The position numbers were made by a program, and so were the translations under genes. Below the pieces are notes generated by a model. It saw nothing but the letters and a program-made list of their open reading frames with translations, was not told the DNA's origin and made no database searches. A DNA stretch of 64,000 bases from Selaginella moellendorffii (lineage: Eukaryota; Plantae; Lycopodiophyta): positions 62,001 to 126,000 of the forward strand of contig NW_003314271.1 in NCBI RefSeq assembly GCF_000143415.4. The letters are read 5' to 3'. Below, in pieces: positions 61,800 through 64,000 of this stretch. Numbering within the stretch: the stretch's first letter is position 1; each line of letters opens with the position of its first letter.

Positions 61800-62760
61800 C
61801 TTCTGCTTCCGAGGAGGATCTTGAGAGGATGAGACCCCTGGCGTGAATCTTGGCAAGAGCTTCATGGGCAGGAGCAAGTGCTGCTTGCACGTCTCGCACG
61901 CCGAACGTGAAGTAGCTACCGTGAGGTTTACCTTCATCACGTAGGCGAACATTGTCCCACACAAGAAACCCCACGAGACGAGGCGTGGTATCATTTGTGG
62001 CCCTGCATTTGTGGAGCGTCCTGTACGCGTCCACCCGTCTCAGCGTTGGAAACCGTAGTCAAGTCCCTTACCTTGAGAACCACCTCCTTCTGCTTGTACT
62101 TGACGGAGATGACAGATGAATCAGTGTCTCTCGACCACTTGCAAGAGACATCCTCCAAGTCTTTAAAGCTGAGATTCTCCATGCCTTGAACAATTGAATG
62201 ATATGACCTTCGGCTATGGACTTGAAGCTTTCCACCACACGGGAATGAGCTAGCGAGAGGCCAAGCGAGAAGCTTTCATCGCTTGGCCTCTCGAAATCCC
62301 GCGATAATCTTGCAAGCATGGCGCCAGCTGCGACCCAGAGTACTTCATCGGGATGGGCGGTGGTGGCGGGGGTGGTAGCGGCGCCGCTTTCGCCCCGGCG
62401 TGTTGGAGCCACATGTTCCAGCGGATCAAGCGGTCCGAGATGGAAGAGCATCTGTATTCCAAGCTCCGGATCAACGCCAGCGATCCCAGCTCATAGAATT
62501 TGCAGCTCTTTTCGACACGGGAGGAGGCGGTGGTGGTGCATTCGTGCTCGGCGGTAGCGCTGTCGTCCGCCGCCTCCGCGAGCGGCCGCTGCTGCCCGCC
62601 ACCGCCAGGCTCAGCGTCAGTGGCGGAGGAGGAGGCGGCGGCAGTGGCGGCATCGCGGACATTGACGTTAGTGACGACAGATTGTTTGTGCTCCACAGCG
62701 ACGAGAATTTGTTCGATGTGTGGGAAGCTTGGCGAGCTCTGGATATGGCACACTTTACGT
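61800..62760 (-). pseudogene. Decayed kinase-like gene fragment truncated near the palindrome
   Basis: KEVVLKV...DAYRTLH...TPRLVG...ALAKIHARG resembles atypical kinase subdomains II-VIa, but the HxD loop is absent and frames are broken. Confidence 0.35.
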
Positions 62761-64000
62761 ATACATGTCCACCGTGCAGTTGCTTTCTGGCTTCCTCCTT
62801 TTGCAAGACTTTAATTCGACTAGCTTTGCTGCTTTCCCTCGCAGGTGGGCCGATCTAGTTAAAAGGGCGGGGGACAACGATCCGCCGCTCGCGCAGCGAT
62901 GACCGTTGCCGACGAAGAGTCCGACAGCAGCGTCAAATAACACATGTATTCATGACTATGAGAAACTCGAAGAGTTCGAGAGTGTCGTCAGCTTAAACGT
63001 ACCCATGGCCAAGCCATTCCACAGCACGAGAAGCTGGAGCAAAAACTTTCAAAAGAGAAAAAACCGCTCGGAGACAACTGTGTCGTTGTATCGAACTCCG
63101 TGCCTTAGTCTGGAACGAGACCATCTGTCAGAGAAGTAGAGGGGAGGAATATAACTGCAAAAGGAAAAAAGATAATCAGAAAATATGAGATGGTTCTTTG
63201 ATGAACAGCCTACCTGCGTCGAGAATTGACCGGGTGCTGTACGTAGAAAGTGAGATTACAATAAGTGCATATAACCATGCAGAGATGCAGTGCTTCAACC
63301 ACACCACGTCTTGGACTTACTCCGACTGACCAAAAATGATTCTTGTCAGTAATTCACCTGCAGGATCCTCTGTCTGCCATAGAAGATGTTACGTCTCCTC
63401 ACTGATTGAGGTTTTGGTTTGAAACTCAATCTACACCATGGATTTTTCATTAGCACCGCAACATCTATGTTCCTCAGATTTCCCCCAGAATGTCAGTCTC
63501 AAGGCCATGCAACCACCTTGAACGGATCTCTCCTTGTAAAGAAGCAAAACAGTGAATCCTTTGGAGTACTCACGGAATCTGTGAGTGAGGCAATTGGCCT
63601 CAAGGTCATCCTTCAGCTCGTCAGCAGCACTTCAAATTCAATGGAAGTTTACTTGAAAGCCTGAGATGCACCAGAAGGACGTCTCGATCATGATTCCCAT
63701 ATCCAGGCAGCGCAAGCAAACGCATGCAAATCATCAGCACCTTTGGAAGTAAATTGCCGCCTTGGCAGTGCTCATGTTATTGATGTGCAGCGCCACCATC
63801 GAAGACGAACTCCATGGCCTGAGCCGGATAGCCTAACGAACGCCGATCTTGAGAGGAAATTTGGTTTTACTTGGAAAGATAAAAAGATTTGCGTACATGA
63901 TTCATAGCCTCAAATTGCGCGATCGAAGGGTTGGTCTTGCGGGACGGGGATTTCATTCTGTCGTTGAAATGTTCCTACACCCAAGACGAAGAATGAGAAA

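Overview
Gene-dense eukaryotic plant DNA with short (~50-100 nt) spliceosomal introns, plant-specific genes and an intronless PLS-class PPR gene. Compactness and style suggest the lycophyte Selaginella (inference only). Three zones. (1) 1-11.2 kb is a rearranged accessory zone: an aminopeptidase N gene broken by a 1.48-kb insertion with a perfect 23-bp flanking duplication, a single-domain isocyanide-hydratase-like DJ-1/PfpI gene, a Ty1/copia remnant, an LTR-like repeat, captured LSD1-like and gypsy-RT fragments, and a decayed inverted duplication. (2) 11.2-58.4 kb is a conserved gene block: NAD(P)-binding protein, DCN1-like, DnaJ, PXN, three R2R3-MYBs, THA8-like PPR, LHP1, BES1/BZR1, a divergent COI1-like F-box, RFC3/S6-like, DHODH, ALDH6, DedA-like, CtpA, an unknown 6TM protein resembling an adenylyl-cyclase membrane anchor, an MFS transporter and a PLS-PPR. 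(3) 58.4-64 kb is a second accessory zone: a VIT1 fragment between direct repeats, a ~957-bp foldback palindrome and decayed gene fragments. No rRNA, tRNA or CRISPR was seen. Family calls come from motif recognition, not database searches.
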